From the NCBI RefSeq assembly GCF_964355755.1, contig NC_092674.1, forward strand, positions 14,260,001 through 14,324,000: a stretch of DNA of 64,000 bases, read 5' to 3'. The notes under the pieces are model-generated. The model was not told where the DNA came from. It ran no database searches and saw nothing but the letters and a program-made list of their open reading frames with translations. Numbering within the stretch: the first letter of the stretch is position 1; each line of letters begins with the position of its first letter. The DNA comes from Antedon mediterranea. Taxonomy: Eukaryota; Animalia; Echinodermata. Below, piece by piece: positions 14,118 through 26,599 of the stretch. Made by a program: the position numbers and the translations under genes.

Positions 14118-16436
14118 TTAGTTATCTGCCTCTAGAAGTAAGCACAACTTGTCAATTGGTCGCTGGAGTACTGTAGTTGCAGTTTTTACTTCGACCACTC
14201 TAACATATCCATTTCTGTCAGTCATTACTTTCAGCACCCTACCAAGTGTCCATGTGTTGCGGGGTGTGTTTTCCATCAACAAAACTATATCTCCAACAGC
14301 AAAGTTCCTTCTGGGATTTATCCATTTCCGGCGTACTTGTAACGTAGGCAAGTACTCTTTTGTCCACCTTTTCCAAAAGAGATCAGCTAGGTGTTGAACT
14401 TGACGCCAACGTCGACGTGGATAATTGTCATCTTTGCTAAAGATTCCAGGTTGTAAAACTTTACCTTTGCTTAACAACAAATCATTTGGTGTTAATGCCT
14501 GCAGATCATTAGTGTCATCAGAAACAGTAGTAATGGGACGGCTATTTAGTGTTGCTTCAACCTCACAGAATAGTGTATGAAGACCCTCATCATCAAATCG
14601 ATGCATTTGGTGATGCATTAGTGAGCACAATATTTTCCGTACCGAACGTATTAACCGTTCCCAAACACCGCCGAAATGAGAACCATGCGGTGGATTAAAT
14701 TTCCAAGCTATACCTTTTTGACTCAAAGTATTTGTCAGTTTGGTTTGGTTCCACTTGCTGATTTCTTCCCGTAACTCTCTTTCAGCACCAACTAAATTTG
14801 TCCCGTTGTCGGACAGTATCATATTGGGTGTACCTCTTCTAGCAATAAAACGTCTTATTGCGTTAATGCATGAAGCGGTATCAAGCGAATGAGCAACTTC
14901 AAGATGCACTGCCCTACTGGTAAAGCAAGTGAATATTACCCCATATCGTTTTTGTACAGCACGTCCCCGTTTCACTTCCAGGGGTCCAAAATAATCCATT
15001 CCAATATTAGAAAATGGTGGCATATTTGGTTTAAGACGTTCTTCAGGTAAATCTGCCATCATTTGTTCGCCAGCCTTGCCCTGATACTTGCGACAGACTA
15101 CACATTTTGACGTCAATCTCTTTATGGCTTCATTTGCTCCTAAGATCCAATATTTTTGTCTTACTCGTGCAAGTATGGCATTTTTACCAAGATGTCCCGT
15201 CAATCTATGTGCCTCTTCTAGTAGCAAATTTGAGACAACATGTCTCTTCGGCAACAGGATCGGATGTTTCATCTCGTATGGTATAGATGCTTGTTCCAGA
15301 CGTCCTCCAACTCTCAGAATTCCATCTTTTATAAACGGATTCAATTTATAAATGGAACTAGATTTCTTTAGTTTACCATGCAATTCACCTTCTTTTAGTG
15401 AGTTTAGCTCATCAGGAAACTGTTTGGTTTGTACGTAGCGAATTATCGCTTCTTCTGCTGTTTCCAGTATTCCAGGAGATATTGGATTACCGTTACATTG
15501 CAGCTTCTTGTTTTCAGCTTGGGTTTGAGTTTGATTATGGTTGTTATTTAATTTTCTCTTCTTCAGAGCCGCTTGTTCCCGTAATTTACATTTTAGCCTT
15601 AAAATCCAACCAACCGCTATCTTCAACCTCATCCATGTTGAATGACGAGAGAACAACCTTTTAATTATTTCTGAAGACCCATTTACGATAACAGCATTTG
15701 CAGTCGTTTTCACTTCTGGGTCATTATCCAAAATAGGTTGAGGTTGTATATCATACTTAGGCCAGTTATCCTCCGATTTCCACAAGAAGTCTGGGCCTTT
15801 CAGCCACCGTTGATTTTGTAGCAAATTTCTGAAATCGAGACCTCTTGAGGCATCATCAGCTGGATTACATTTGGATTCCACATATCTCCACTGGCTGCTC
15901 TCCGATGATTCTCTGATTGTGTGAATTTGGTTCGCCACAAAGGTATGGAAATGTGCAGATTTATTAGATATCCATTTTAAAACTGACATGCTGTCCGTCC
16001 AAAATAAAACTTTATGCACCTGACAACTTAACTCATCCATAATAATTTTGTTAACACGAACAGCTAACATAGCGGCTGTCAGCTCCATGCGTGGCACTGT
16101 CACCTTCTTCAAGGGTGCAACTCTGGATTTTCCAATAAGTAGAGAACAATGTATCTTTCCGTCAACATCTTCTAATCGGAGATAAGATACCATTCCATAA
16201 CCTTGGTTACTAGCATCCGAGAAGTTGTGTATCTGACAAGACTTCACCTTTCCGAAAATAGATGGTTTAAAGCATCTAGGGATAATCAATTTATCTAGAT
16301 TTGTTAAATTGTTTAACCATTGCTGCCATCTTGCTAAGTCGTTACCAGTTAATTCTTGGTCCCATTGAACATTATTTCTGCACATTTCTTGAAGGAGGAT
16401 TTTAGCGGGTAAAATAAACGGTGCCGCAAATCCCAA
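14118..16436 (-). CDS. pol: BEL/Pao pol 3' part: RNase H (Pao peptidase A17 region), integrase zinc finger and core
   Basis: FSDAS..YG, FWTDS, NPADDASRG, H-x4-H...CxxC, DYFGP, SDNGTN, GGVWERLIRSV, RPIDKLCLL; joined to the upstream ORF through a frameshift near 16590. Confidence 0.95.
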   Translation of the reverse strand: MGFAAPFILPAKILLQEMCRNNVQWDQELTGNDLARWQQWLNNLTNLDKLIIPRCFKPSIFGKVKSCQIHNFSDASNQGYGMVSYLRLEDVDGKIHCSLLIGKSRVAPLKKVTVPRMELTAAMLAVRVNKIIMDELSCQVHKVLFWTDSMSVLKWISNKSAHFHTFVANQIHTIRESSESSQWRYVESKCNPADDASRGLDFRNLLQNQRWLKGPDFLWKSEDNWPKYDIQPQPILDNDPEVKTTANAVIVNGSSEIIKRLFSRHSTWMRLKIAVGWILRLKCKLREQAALKKRKLNNNHNQTQTQAENKKLQCNGNPISPGILETAEEAIIRYVQTKQFPDELNSLKEGELHGKLKKSSSIYKLNPFIKDGILRVGGRLEQASIPYEMKHPILLPKRHVVSNLLLEEAHRLTGHLGKNAILARVRQKYWILGANEAIKRLTSKCVVCRKYQGKAGEQMMADLPEERLKPNMPPFSNIGMDYFGPLEVKRGRAVQKRYGVIFTCFTSRAVHLEVAHSLDTASCINAIRRFIARRGTPNMILSDNGTNLVGAERELREEISKWNQTKLTNTLSQKGIAWKFNPPHGSHFGGVWERLIRSVRKILCSLMHHQMHRFDDEGLHTLFCEVEATLNSRPITTVSDDTNDLQALTPNDLLLSKGKVLQPGIFSKDDNYPRRRWRQVQHLADLFWKRWTKEYLPTLQVRRKWINPRRNFAVGDIVLLMENTPRNTWTLGRVLKVMTDRNGYVRVVEVKTATTVLQRPIDKLCLLLEADN

Positions 16437-16583
16437 AGGATCGTATACTGAGCTGATTATAGAAAGAACGTTTCTTCTAGTTGGTTGTCGACTTGGTACA
16501 ACATTCTTAAATCCAAGAGTATCAGTGCCTACTGACCATCTAATTCCTAGAGCTCGTTCTATCGAAAGTTTCTCATAATCTAA

Positions 16584-19340
16584 TTATATGTTTTCAAACT
16601 CTTTGGCTCGTTCAGCTGCTGGAACCGAAAGTAGTACTTCTCGCTTGTTGCTTACCCATTTCGATAACTTGAAACCACCCATTTCACAAAGTGTGGTAAG
16701 CTGCTGAATAAGAGATACTGCTTGGTCACTTGAACTAACCGATTTGAGGCAATCGTCAACATAAAAGTTACCCAACACTGTATCGGCTACTATCGGATCG
16801 AATAAATTCTTGTTCCTCTGTGCAGTCAAACGCAGTGCAAAGTTGGCACACGAAGGCGATGAGACAGCCCCAAACAAATGAACTGTCATTCTGTAGATAA
16901 CTGGATCAATGCTTAGATTACCCTGCGGCCACCAATAGAACCGAAGAAAATCACATTCATCTTTGGGAACATGAACTTGGTAAAACATCGATACAATGTC
17001 CCCCATGACTGCAACATTCTCTTGTCGGAAACGCAATAAGACGCCAATGAGGTTGTTGGTTAGGTTTGGACCTTGAAGGAGAAGGTCGTTTAGTGATACC
17101 CCATGGTATTTACAAGTACAGTCGAAGACGACACGAACTTTGTCTGGTTTCTTGGGGTGATACACCCCATGATGCGGGATGTACCATACCTTCCCGTCAG
17201 CTCTAGCTAAATCCTTAATAGGGACAATTTCTGCATACCCATTTTGTATTATTTTAGAAATGAAGTCGTTATAATCAGAATGTAGCTTGGAGTCTCTCCG
17301 GAGCCTCTTTTCTAAACCTTTTAGTCGACGTACAGCTACTTCAGAGTTATCGGGCAAGTTCAAGTCACTTCTGAAAGGTAAACTAATTTGATAGTGGCCA
17401 TCTTTCAACCTACAGGATTTTTCCACTACCGCCATAAATCTTCTGTCCTCTTGAGACCATTCTTTCCTGTCGTCAATTGTACGTTCAGGAAAGTCATAAT
17501 TAATGCATTCTCTCACTAACTTCTCTAGTTTTCTGTTGTCTTCAACTTCCTGTATCGCACTTATAGTGGCTTTGTTCACTGCCAAGATATCTTCTTTACC
17601 AGACCTGGATCCATCGTTCCGAATTACGTTCCATGCTATCCAACCTAAAGCTGTCTGTGTCGCATGTGGGCTCCCAGCTGGTCCGGTTCTAACTTGCCTT
17701 GGCGTGTATGCATCTGGAACATTATTTCCAATTAACAAACCAATGTCGGCGTTGACATGTGGAAGATGGACATCTGAAAAGTGTGGCCAACGACGAACAT
17801 CGTTGGCAGTAGGTATGTGATGGTGAGAAACTGGCATCCTATCTTTAGTATAAACTTTAGGTAATTCTGTTATATTCAAACTATCAAGACTTAGGATTTC
17901 TAAACCTTCCACCACGTAGGTATACATTGTATGTGGTACACCCATTGTTTCGATTGTGATCTTCATTTTATGACTGGTCCCACACACTTCTTTCATCAGA
18001 GCACTGGAGCAGAAAGACACATTGCTACCAGGATCAAGAAATGCATATGTGACGGCTTCCTTAATACTATTTCTCATTCTCACTCTTACTGGAACAATTG
18101 CCATCGTACAGTCTCCATCACATTCTGTATTTTCTGTATCAGAACCATATACATCTGCAAAACTTGAGCTACCGTCTATCTGTGTCTGTGTAGTAGTGGA
18201 TTTGGTCTTTGAAGTGTCCGTGTTAGGAGCTACTGTCTTGGGAGCCTCCATATTATTAGCTATTGTCTTTGGAACATCCACAGCGTTTCCTTCTCTGCCA
18301 GAAACATGCAAAACTGAAGGGTGATGCCCCTGACATTTCTTACAAACTGCCTTATTGCGACAATGCTGTTTCATATGACCTGGTTTCAAGCAGCCAAAAC
18401 ACAAACCCTTGCTTCTCAGAAAATGTATGCGGCCCTGCAGGGTAAGTGTTTCAATCTTTCGGCAACCCATTAGTGAATGTGAGGTATTCATGCAGTACAG
18501 GCATCTTGTAGTTTGTGAATTTGCCTTATTACCGCTCAGAATAGAACCATCCAAGTTCTGCCCGTCTGAAAGGTTGGTTGCTGTGCTGACTCTCCCTCTA
18601 CTCTTTGTCTGTGCCGGCCCCTGTACACCAAAGTCATCTCCACATAATGCAAGTTTACCATAAGTAGGGTCATTAGCCTTTTTTGCTTCGTTCTTCACAA
18701 ACTGCACAAGAAGTTTAAACGCCACTGTCTGCTTCTTTTCTTTAGTTTTCTGCACTAAACTTCTCCATTTGTCATGAAGGGAGTAAGGAAGCCTCTTCAC
18801 AATGTTTTCAGAGTACTCAAGAATTTTCATAGAATCAACGCATCTTACCGCATTTTCACATTCTACCAGAAATATTGAGAAGGCATCTAAAGCTTTAGGG
18901 TTACCATCTTTGATTACTGGCCAAGCTAGTGCCTTTCTAATAAAGGCATTTGCGATTAATTCTGTATCTCCATATCGTTCCTCCAATTCATGTAAAGCTG
19001 CTTGGTACCCCAACTCGGCATCAAGATAACTAAAGCCATTTACAATCTTCTTTGCTTCTCCGTAGGTAAACTGCTCTAAGTAGTACAACCGCTCATCATC
19101 ACTTTCCGTATTTCTCACAACTCTGGCTTGAAACTGTCGCATGAATTTTTTATATTCCATGGGATCACCACCAAACTTCATCATTTCCGGTGTTGGCCTC
19201 TGAAGCTGTTTCACCAGTGCCTGAGGAAGATCTGCGGTAATAGTCGGCATTCCATATGGATTAGTAATCTTTCTGTTTACATCAGGTACACGAACCTCAT
19301 CACCATACACAGGTACCTTATCCTGAACATGTACTCGATG
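16584..19340 (-). CDS. BEL/Pao gag (zinc knuckles), aspartic protease and reverse transcriptase
   Basis: CxxC-x3-H, CFGCLKPGH and CKKCQGHH knuckles; FLDPGS protease; WYIPHHGV, RVVFD, FGAVSSP, FYVDD. Confidence 0.93.
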   Translation of the reverse strand, partial: HRVHVQDKVPVYGDEVRVPDVNRKITNPYGMPTITADLPQALVKQLQRPTPEMMKFGGDPMEYKKFMRQFQARVVRNTESDDERLYYLEQFTYGEAKKIVNGFSYLDAELGYQAALHELEERYGDTELIANAFIRKALAWPVIKDGNPKALDAFSIFLVECENAVRCVDSMKILEYSENIVKRLPYSLHDKWRSLVQKTKEKKQTVAFKLLVQFVKNEAKKANDPTYGKLALCGDDFGVQGPAQTKSRGRVSTATNLSDGQNLDGSILSGNKANSQTTRCLYCMNTSHSLMGCRKIETLTLQGRIHFLRSKGLCFGCLKPGHMKQHCRNKAVCKKCQGHHPSVLHVSGREGNAVDVPKTIANNMEAPKTVAPNTDTSKTKSTTTQTQIDGSSSFADVYGSDTENTECDGDCTMAIVPVRVRMRNSIKEAVTYAFLDPGSNVSFCSSALMKEVCGTSHKMKITIETMGVPHTMYTYVVEGLEILSLDSLNITELPKVYTKDRMPVSHHHIPTANDVRRWPHFSDVHLPHVNADIGLLIGNNVPDAYTPRQVRTGPAGSPHATQTALGWIAWNVIRNDGSRSGKEDILAVNKATISAIQEVEDNRKLEKLVRECINYDFPERTIDDRKEWSQEDRRFMAVVEKSCRLKDGHYQISLPFRSDLNLPDNSEVAVRRLKGLEKRLRRDSKLHSDYNDFISKIIQNGYAEIVPIKDLARADGKVWYIPHHGVYHPKKPDKVRVVFDCTCKYHGVSLNDLLLQGPNLTNNLIGVLLRFRQENVAVMGDIVSMFYQVHVPKDECDFLRFYWWPQGNLSIDPVIYRMTVHLFGAVSSPSCANFALRLTAQRNKNLFDPIVADTVLGNFYVDDCLKSVSSSDQAVSLIQQLTTLCEMGGFKLSKWVSNKREVLLSVPAAERAKEFENI

Positions 19341-20073
19341 ATCTTCGATATGTGCACACATCAACATGTGTATGTGCATTAACTTTACCATCCAATGAAC
19401 TTGCAAGTCTAGCTCTCGGAGCCCTATCAATATCAAGGCTATCACTGAATACAGAACCTGCCTCACTATCAAACTTATCAAGCACTCTGCTTCTTGCTTC
19501 AAGGACGTCCACCTCTGTCTGTAGTCTCATCTCTTCTTCTTTCAATCTTAAACTTAACTTCTGAAGTTCTAATTGGTGCACGTTTCTAAGAGATGCTGCC
19601 CTGGCTTTAAGTTCAGCTCTTTTCTGCTCACTTCGTAGCCTTTCCGACACAGCCAAACTATGCTGAGACGACCTTCTTGACACAATAGATCCAGGTGGAT
19701 TGGGTCTCTTACTGGAAGCTATTCCAAACCATTCTTCCATTGAAGCCTTAAAATTGCCAAGCCAATTGCTTCTTTCATCATACCATTTAATTCTATAACT
19801 AACACGTTCCTCGTCAGACAACAGAGCATAATATTCATCATGCCTTTGGAGAAATTCTTCATACATGCCCATCCATGCCTTATATTCATTTCTCATAACT
19901 TCCAAATCAGGATTACTCCCCTTCACATACTGAATACGTTCAGATTTTTCTTTAACGGCCTTAAAACTGTAATGAATATTTCTCAACTTTAAATCCTTAT
20001 TATATTCAAGACCTTTCTCAGTGGGCACTCTACGCCTTCTTGTACTATCACCAATTAATCCTGCTGTACTCAT
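19318..20073 (-). CDS. gag: BEL/Pao gag N-terminus (frameshifted relative to the next ORF)
   Basis: 251-aa ORF beginning 22 bp after the 5' LTR; RRRVPTEKG motif and coiled-coil region typical of BEL gag. Confidence 0.8.
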   Translation of the reverse strand: MSTAGLIGDSTRRRRVPTEKGLEYNKDLKLRNIHYSFKAVKEKSERIQYVKGSNPDLEVMRNEYKAWMGMYEEFLQRHDEYYALLSDEERVSYRIKWYDERSNWLGNFKASMEEWFGIASSKRPNPPGSIVSRRSSQHSLAVSERLRSEQKRAELKARAASLRNVHQLELQKLSLRLKEEEMRLQTEVDVLEARSRVLDKFDSEAGSVFSDSLDIDRAPRARLASSLDGKVNAHTHVDVCTYRRSSSTCSG

Positions 20074-20399
20074 TCTCAGCCTTTTCGTTAATGCTTATTC
20101 AGAACAAAATACACAAGTTCTGCCAATTGTTGCATCCACATGAGTACTGTATTTATTTGACATAGGCTTGCTAATGCGTGACGATAATCTAACGTGACGG
20201 TTACAATGTTCCTATATAATTACTTCTTTCTAGGAATTCTCCGCCACGCCCAAGTTCACATATCACGATTAACTGAAAGTTTAACAAAACATCTATAAAG
20301 TAAAGACTCAATAGTTACTACAATAGTTTCATTAAGATGATATGCCTGCCTCCTAATCTTATGTGTATACACAGCAAAATTTGAAATTCTAAGCAAGAA

Positions 20400-21930
20400 A
20401 AAAAAATCTTGTTTTAAGAAAAAATTCTTAAAATAAGTATTTTTTTTCTTGTCAAGATTTAAAATTACTTAAAACAAGAAATAATTTTCTAGAAAAGACA
20501 CATTTTCTTAAATTAAGTTTTGCAATATTCTTGAAAATGCTTATTACAAGAAATATTTTACTTAAAATAAGAAGTCAATATCATTCTCTTCTTATTAAGA
20601 ATAGTTTTGCTTAAAACAAGATTTGAAAATACTTAATTTGAAAAGTATTTTACTTAAAATAAGAAATCTATATTATATTTATCCCTATCAAGAATAATTT
20701 TTCTTAAATCAAGATTGATGAATTATAAAAATTACTTAAAACAATCAATATTTTTCTAGGTAAGACAAAGTTTCTTAAATTAGGTTTCGCAATAGTCTTG
20801 AAAATACTTGTTTTGAGAAATATTTTACTTAAAATAAGAAGTCAATTTCACACTACCCTTATCAAGATTATTTTTACTTGAATCAAGATTCGCAATATTC
20901 TTGAAAAAATGCTTATTACAAGAAATATTTTACTTAAAATAAGAAGTCAATATCATTCTCTTCTTATTAAGAATAGTTTTGCTTAAAACAAGATTTGAAA
21001 ATACTTAATTTGAAAAGTATTTTACTTAAAATAAGAAATCAATATTATATTTATCCCTATCAAGAATAATTTTTCTTAAATCAAGATTGATGAATTCTAA
21101 AAATTACTTAAAACAATAAATATTTTTCTAGGTAAGACAAAGTTTCTTAAATTAGGTTTTGCAATATTCTTAAAAATACTTATTTTGAGAAATGTTTTAC
21201 TTAAAATAAGAAGTCAATATCATACTATCTTATCAAGACTATTTTTGCTTAAATTGAGATTCGCAATATTTTTAAAAATACTTATTTTGAGAAATGTTTT
21301 ACTTAAAATAAGAAGTCAATATCATACTATCTTATCAAGACTATTTTTACTTGAATCAAGATTCGCAATATTCTTAAAAATACTTATTTCGAGAAATGTT
21401 TTACTTAAAATAAGAAGTCAATATCATACTATCTTATCAAGACTATTTTTGCTTAAATTGAGATTCGCAATATTTTAAAAAATACTTATTTTGAAAAATG
21501 TTTTACTTAAAATAAGAAGTCAATATCATACTATCCTATCAAGACTATTTTTGCTTGAATTCAGATTCGCAATATTCTGATTTTGAGAAATGTTTTACTT
21601 AAAATAAGAAGTCAATATCATACTATCTTATCAAGACTATTTTTACTTGAATCAAGATTCGCAATATTCTTTAAAATACTTATTTTGAGAAATGTTTTAC
21701 TTAAAATAAGAAGTCAATATCATACTATCTTATCAAGACTATTTTTGCTTAAATTGAGATTCGCAATATTTTTAAAAATACTTATTTTGAGAAATGTTTT
21801 ACTTAAGATAAGAAGTCAATATCATACTACAGTATATCCTATCAAGACTATTTTTGCTTGAATTGAAGTCAATTCTATTTTAATATTCTTAAAAATACTT
21901 ATTTTGAGAAATGTTTTACTTAAAATAGAT
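20400..21930. repeat. Left subterminal array (~81-bp unit, with a larger duplication at ~20520-21180)
   Basis: CTTATTTTGAGAAATGTTTTACTTAAAATAAGAAGTCAATATC repeated; gives 27-aa-periodic spurious ORFs. Confidence 0.9.
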
Positions 21931-24900
21931 TGTCAATATCCTTATATTCACACAACGGTAGAGCAGTTAGCACTTCAGTTTCAACTGATGAAAGAATCTG
22001 GGTAATCAAACTGTTTGTGCTTTGAATAATCGATTGCACTGCAACCTAAAGAAAATAATATTGATTTAATATTTTTTATATTCAAGTTTTAATATGTTTA
22101 AAAACTAAGTTGTGCTTTAGTTGGGGAGCTATGCAGCCTAACAAAAAAAATGTTATTTGTAACAATGAAATTGGTCACAAAAAAATGCAACATAAACTTA
22201 GAGTGTATAATGCCTAGGCCTAGGCCTAGTACCCAAGTCCTATAGTTAATACTATAGCTAATAGTCCTGTATAATAACAGTACCAGCAAGGCCTAGGAAA
22301 TAGACGTATTTCTCTAATAAAAAATAGTTTAAAATGCATAATTGTTGTAATTTTAAAGCAAAATGGCTTACCTGTGGAATCTTGTTTCTCTCCTTTAATT
22401 TTAGTAGAAAGAAATCAGCATTTTTTATACTAGTATCTGCCTGTTCATCCTCTAGTTAGTAGGCCTTCTTGCTGAGCATCAACAAGATAATTAATATTAA
22501 ACAATCATTAACAGTATAACAATACTAGAATTATCACTACTACTATCGTCAGTTGATAAATCATCCCCGTTATAATAGTTTTTTTCTTCATTAACTTCGT
22601 CAGTCTCCTAGTCTAGGCCTAGTTGTTCTACTTCATCCTCAATTGGCATCCTCGTTTTCTCCAGGCATACTTATATACTGATGTTTCCATCGTCAACTGC
22701 AGGAGGTTGCCGGTTGTTATACTCGTCCTTAAAATGGCGTCTTATGACATGCTTGTAAAACGAATTGTAAATTCCAAAGCTTGCCGGGCAGCGAACCACC
22801 AATTCCACATGTTACTCGAAAATTCGGAGTATTTCCATGAATTGAATTATAATGCCTTGCAAATAGGGTAGCAAATACTGTACCTACTTCAGTTTACTGG
22901 CACCAACTTATCGCTTTTTTTCGGACTGCAACAAACATGTGTCATTATTATTGTCTGTCGTATTACTGTTGGTCCAGACGTTTTATAGATTTGCTTTAAC
23001 CACCATGGAGGTTTATACCTCCATGCTTTAACGTTGAGCAGTATAATGACCTTATACATTCTGGGTAAAAGGCCAGCGATACATTTTTGGTTATAGTTGA
23101 AAAACAACACTGTGTGTGGTCGATGACCTAGCTCCCGGCGGGATCATGGCCAACGGTTTTTTAAAGTAGTCATTCAAAATCTAGAGTTTGTAAGTAAAAG
23201 ACACCTTTCATTGCAATTTATATATCAAATGCTTCAATAGGCCTAGTAAGATTAGTCTAATATAATGTCGAAGGAAGACGCTTTGTTGAAGATCCGAGAA
23301 ATAGATGAAGAAGTGGCCAACATTTTAACAGGTTCGTAGGCCTAATAATTATATTTTAATCTGCCAGCAGTCTCTAGGCCTAGCCTAGGCTCCTTCCTAG
23401 TTTAGTAATACTGTAGGCCTGGAACTAGTAGGTCTAGGCTAGCCTACTATGCCTGTACTGACGGACAGGTGTATAGGTTTAGCTTAGCATTTTAGTTCAG
23501 ACATTGACAGAGGGGACAAATATTGTCGGACCTATTTCAGCTAGGTATAAGGAAGGCCTAATAATAGATAATACAATTACAGTATAATGTAACAGTTATT
23601 TTGTAATGTAGCCATGAAATATCTACGAAGGATTATATTATATACACATATTCCAATGAGAAATATAATGACATTTAAAAACACTTCTTTATATTTAATT
23701 AATTGTACACACTAAGTAGCCTAATCCCCGAAGTGATCACATCGATATTGAAACTTAATGTTTTTAACTCTAAATTTAAAAAAAACATACTAAAAAAACA
23801 AACAAAAAACATACGTACTGCATAACTAAAATTGTTATATTAAATTTCTTTTTAAAAAACTGTGTTATTTACAATATCTTAAATTATTTGTTAGGTAATT
23901 GAAGAAGTTCGAAGGATACTAATTATTACTAGGCAAAGAGGAATGAAATACAAAAGAAAGCTTTTTAAAAAAGTGCTTAGCAAATTTTTCCAAAGAAGAG
24001 AATAATATAGTTTATTTTGGTATTTTAAAGAGAAACACCAGTCCTCCATCTGGTAAGTACAGTGTATGTTTTTGTACTTTTATCTATTCATAAATAGTTT
24101 TATAATGGACCAATGGTAGTGAGGAAAATACGTGTACATATTGTGTACGTATTTTTAACAGCTTGGTTCGACTCAAGCTAGTGTCATGCACTCCTCCCTT
24201 TGACAACTAAAATTAAATAAATGACTTATGAATATTAATTTTTGACATATTAATGCTCTCCTGGCCAGCCCACCCTTTCCCCTTCCTTTTACATTGACCA
24301 CCTACAAAACTGTAGGCTACATTATTAAAAATTTGAGCTACAGTATATCAAGTTTATGTCCATACATTATTCCACTCATTTAAATAAATTTATATAATAT
24401 AATGTTTTCAATTTGTTATTTTTGGTTAGGTTCAAAGATAACCCATATGTTGTCAAATCTGTCAAACATATTTGTTGGGAAAAACTCATCAAAAAAAGTC
24501 TGCCGACCTTGAAGGTATTTAGTGTTTTTTTAAATTTAAAATACTTAAGTAACATTATGTACATTAAAAAAAAATATCTTAAAGTGTTTTTTTAAAATCA
24601 AATTTATCTTAGCTTAAAATTCGAGGTATATACTATGTTTACAATAATTTATTAAAATCAAACAATTAAACAAAATTTACATTTAATTGTATGATTGTTA
24701 TTATAAACATTGATACGGAATAAAAACATCAATCAGGATTGAGCACCGTTTTGCGTATTGTCTTCCTAAATAGTAATATTAAAAATAAATTTAGACCCTA
24801 ATAATTTAACTAAAAATAATAGATACAGCCAGGCCTCTGTCTTTGGGATCGGTATAAACAGGGCAAAGTTTGTGATTAAAAAGTTCAAATGCATATTCCA

Positions 24901-25174
24901 CCCACCCTTATGTCTTATAATGTAAAATTATTCTTACCACCATTCTAATATTGCGTCATGTTTTTGTGTTTACCGCCCCAGATATAGGACTCTAAAACCA
25001 CACCGTACCCAATTAGTTGATGATGTTACACATATTTTAAATACAGTAATAACTAAAACTATATTAATCTCTTTTCATTTTTAGGAACATGAATAAAGAT
25101 CCAGAATCCTGGTCTTCACGCCGATCAGGTAATATGCCGGTATTGCTTTTGGACACAGAAATGGCCTACATTTA

Positions 25175-26101
25175 CGCCCGTATTCTTAAACCGGACTTTA
25201 GTCGTAGTTCGAAGTTCGACTTGAAAAAGTCGTAGTTCGAGCTATTACTTCAAATTCGATTAAAAAACGAAGTAGTCAAAGTTTGCAGTTCGACTTAATG
25301 AAGTCGAGCTTTTCGTCGAGTTCCACACGTCTGGGTACCAAAGGCTATACATTGGCCAATGACAAGAGAGTATTTGAGGAGCAGACGAAATTTTGCGCAT
25401 TGATATCACTTTCCATTTCTTACAACTCTTTTTACGCATCAGGACTATATACATGAAAAATAATTTTAATCGTTAATTATTAGAACAATATCAGTATTAA
25501 TTTAACAGTGAAGTATATTTGATTAACAACAAATAAAATCTTCAAAATATATTTAGGAACCATGGCGGTACGGTAACTTTTATATTTTCTAGGCCCCCAA
25601 CAAAGTATGATCGCGACGAACCACGCACTTCAAAGCGTGACAAGAAAGAGTTAGGCCCCCTAAACATTCCATCGCGTGGTGAATTGCCGCATCTCCCATT
25701 GTCGCTATGGCGTGACGTAGCTCAAGTCGGACTTGCGCGAAGAAAATAATGTAATTTGTATACAGTTGTAAATAAAGATGATTTTCATTATTATAACTTA
25801 TACCAATGTATATTTAATTAAGCTAATATAAATATAGATATTTCATTCTTCAATATCTGGCCAATATAACAACTCAATGACTGTTACGTTTTTTATAAAC
25901 ATCGTTTAAAAACCATTTAGTCGACCATTTAGCCTGCCCCCTCCAGGACTAAAAAAATCGATCAAAATCCGTCTCGATTTAGTCGAGGTTGGCCTGATTT
26001 AGTCGGTGATTTAGTTGAAGTTCGGTTTATGAATTAAAATGACGTCATTTTTTTAGTTTTAGCTCGAACTACGACTAAAGTCCGGTTTAAGAATACGGGC
26101 G
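25175..26101. mobile_element. MITE with ~38-bp perfect TIRs (Harbinger-like ends)
   Basis: CGCCCGTATTCTTAAACCGGACTTTAGTCGTAGTTCGA and its reverse complement; TA duplicated within a TTTAAA site. Confidence 0.85.
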
Positions 26102-26599
26102 TAAAGTTTAGCAAACAATTCTAACTACAAAGAAAGCAAAATTAGATGAGGCTCTAGTTACTCTCCTCTCCACTTTTTACCTTCTGGATTTCGATTATCC
26201 AAAATGAAAAGAAGTAGGCCTCACTATCCTTTAACAGTTAGTGATTTGTGATGAAAACACACCTGTACACTTGACAAAGGCTGTTGAATCATCATTAGTA
26301 TACATTAATAAATTTAAAGACACCTAATAGTTTAAAGCCCAGGTGCGGGAGAAGAATTTTACGAAATTTGTATTTTACCATTTTAATGTTTTTAAGTTTT
26401 CTTTTGATGGCATTTTATTATTAATAAAAACAAGTTTGTTTTAAAGAAGTTGTATATATTATTGTACCTAATGTCATGTAAATTGTAGTTCTTAATGAAA
26501 ATAACAGTATTATGTTTTATAACATTCTTGAATTTATTTGTTTAAGTAAAATATTACTTAAAATGAGTATTCATTTATCGTTCTTAAAATAAATTTTTA

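Noticed and set aside
21185-21861. 27-aa repeat ORFs
   Set aside because: Translation of the 81-bp subterminal array
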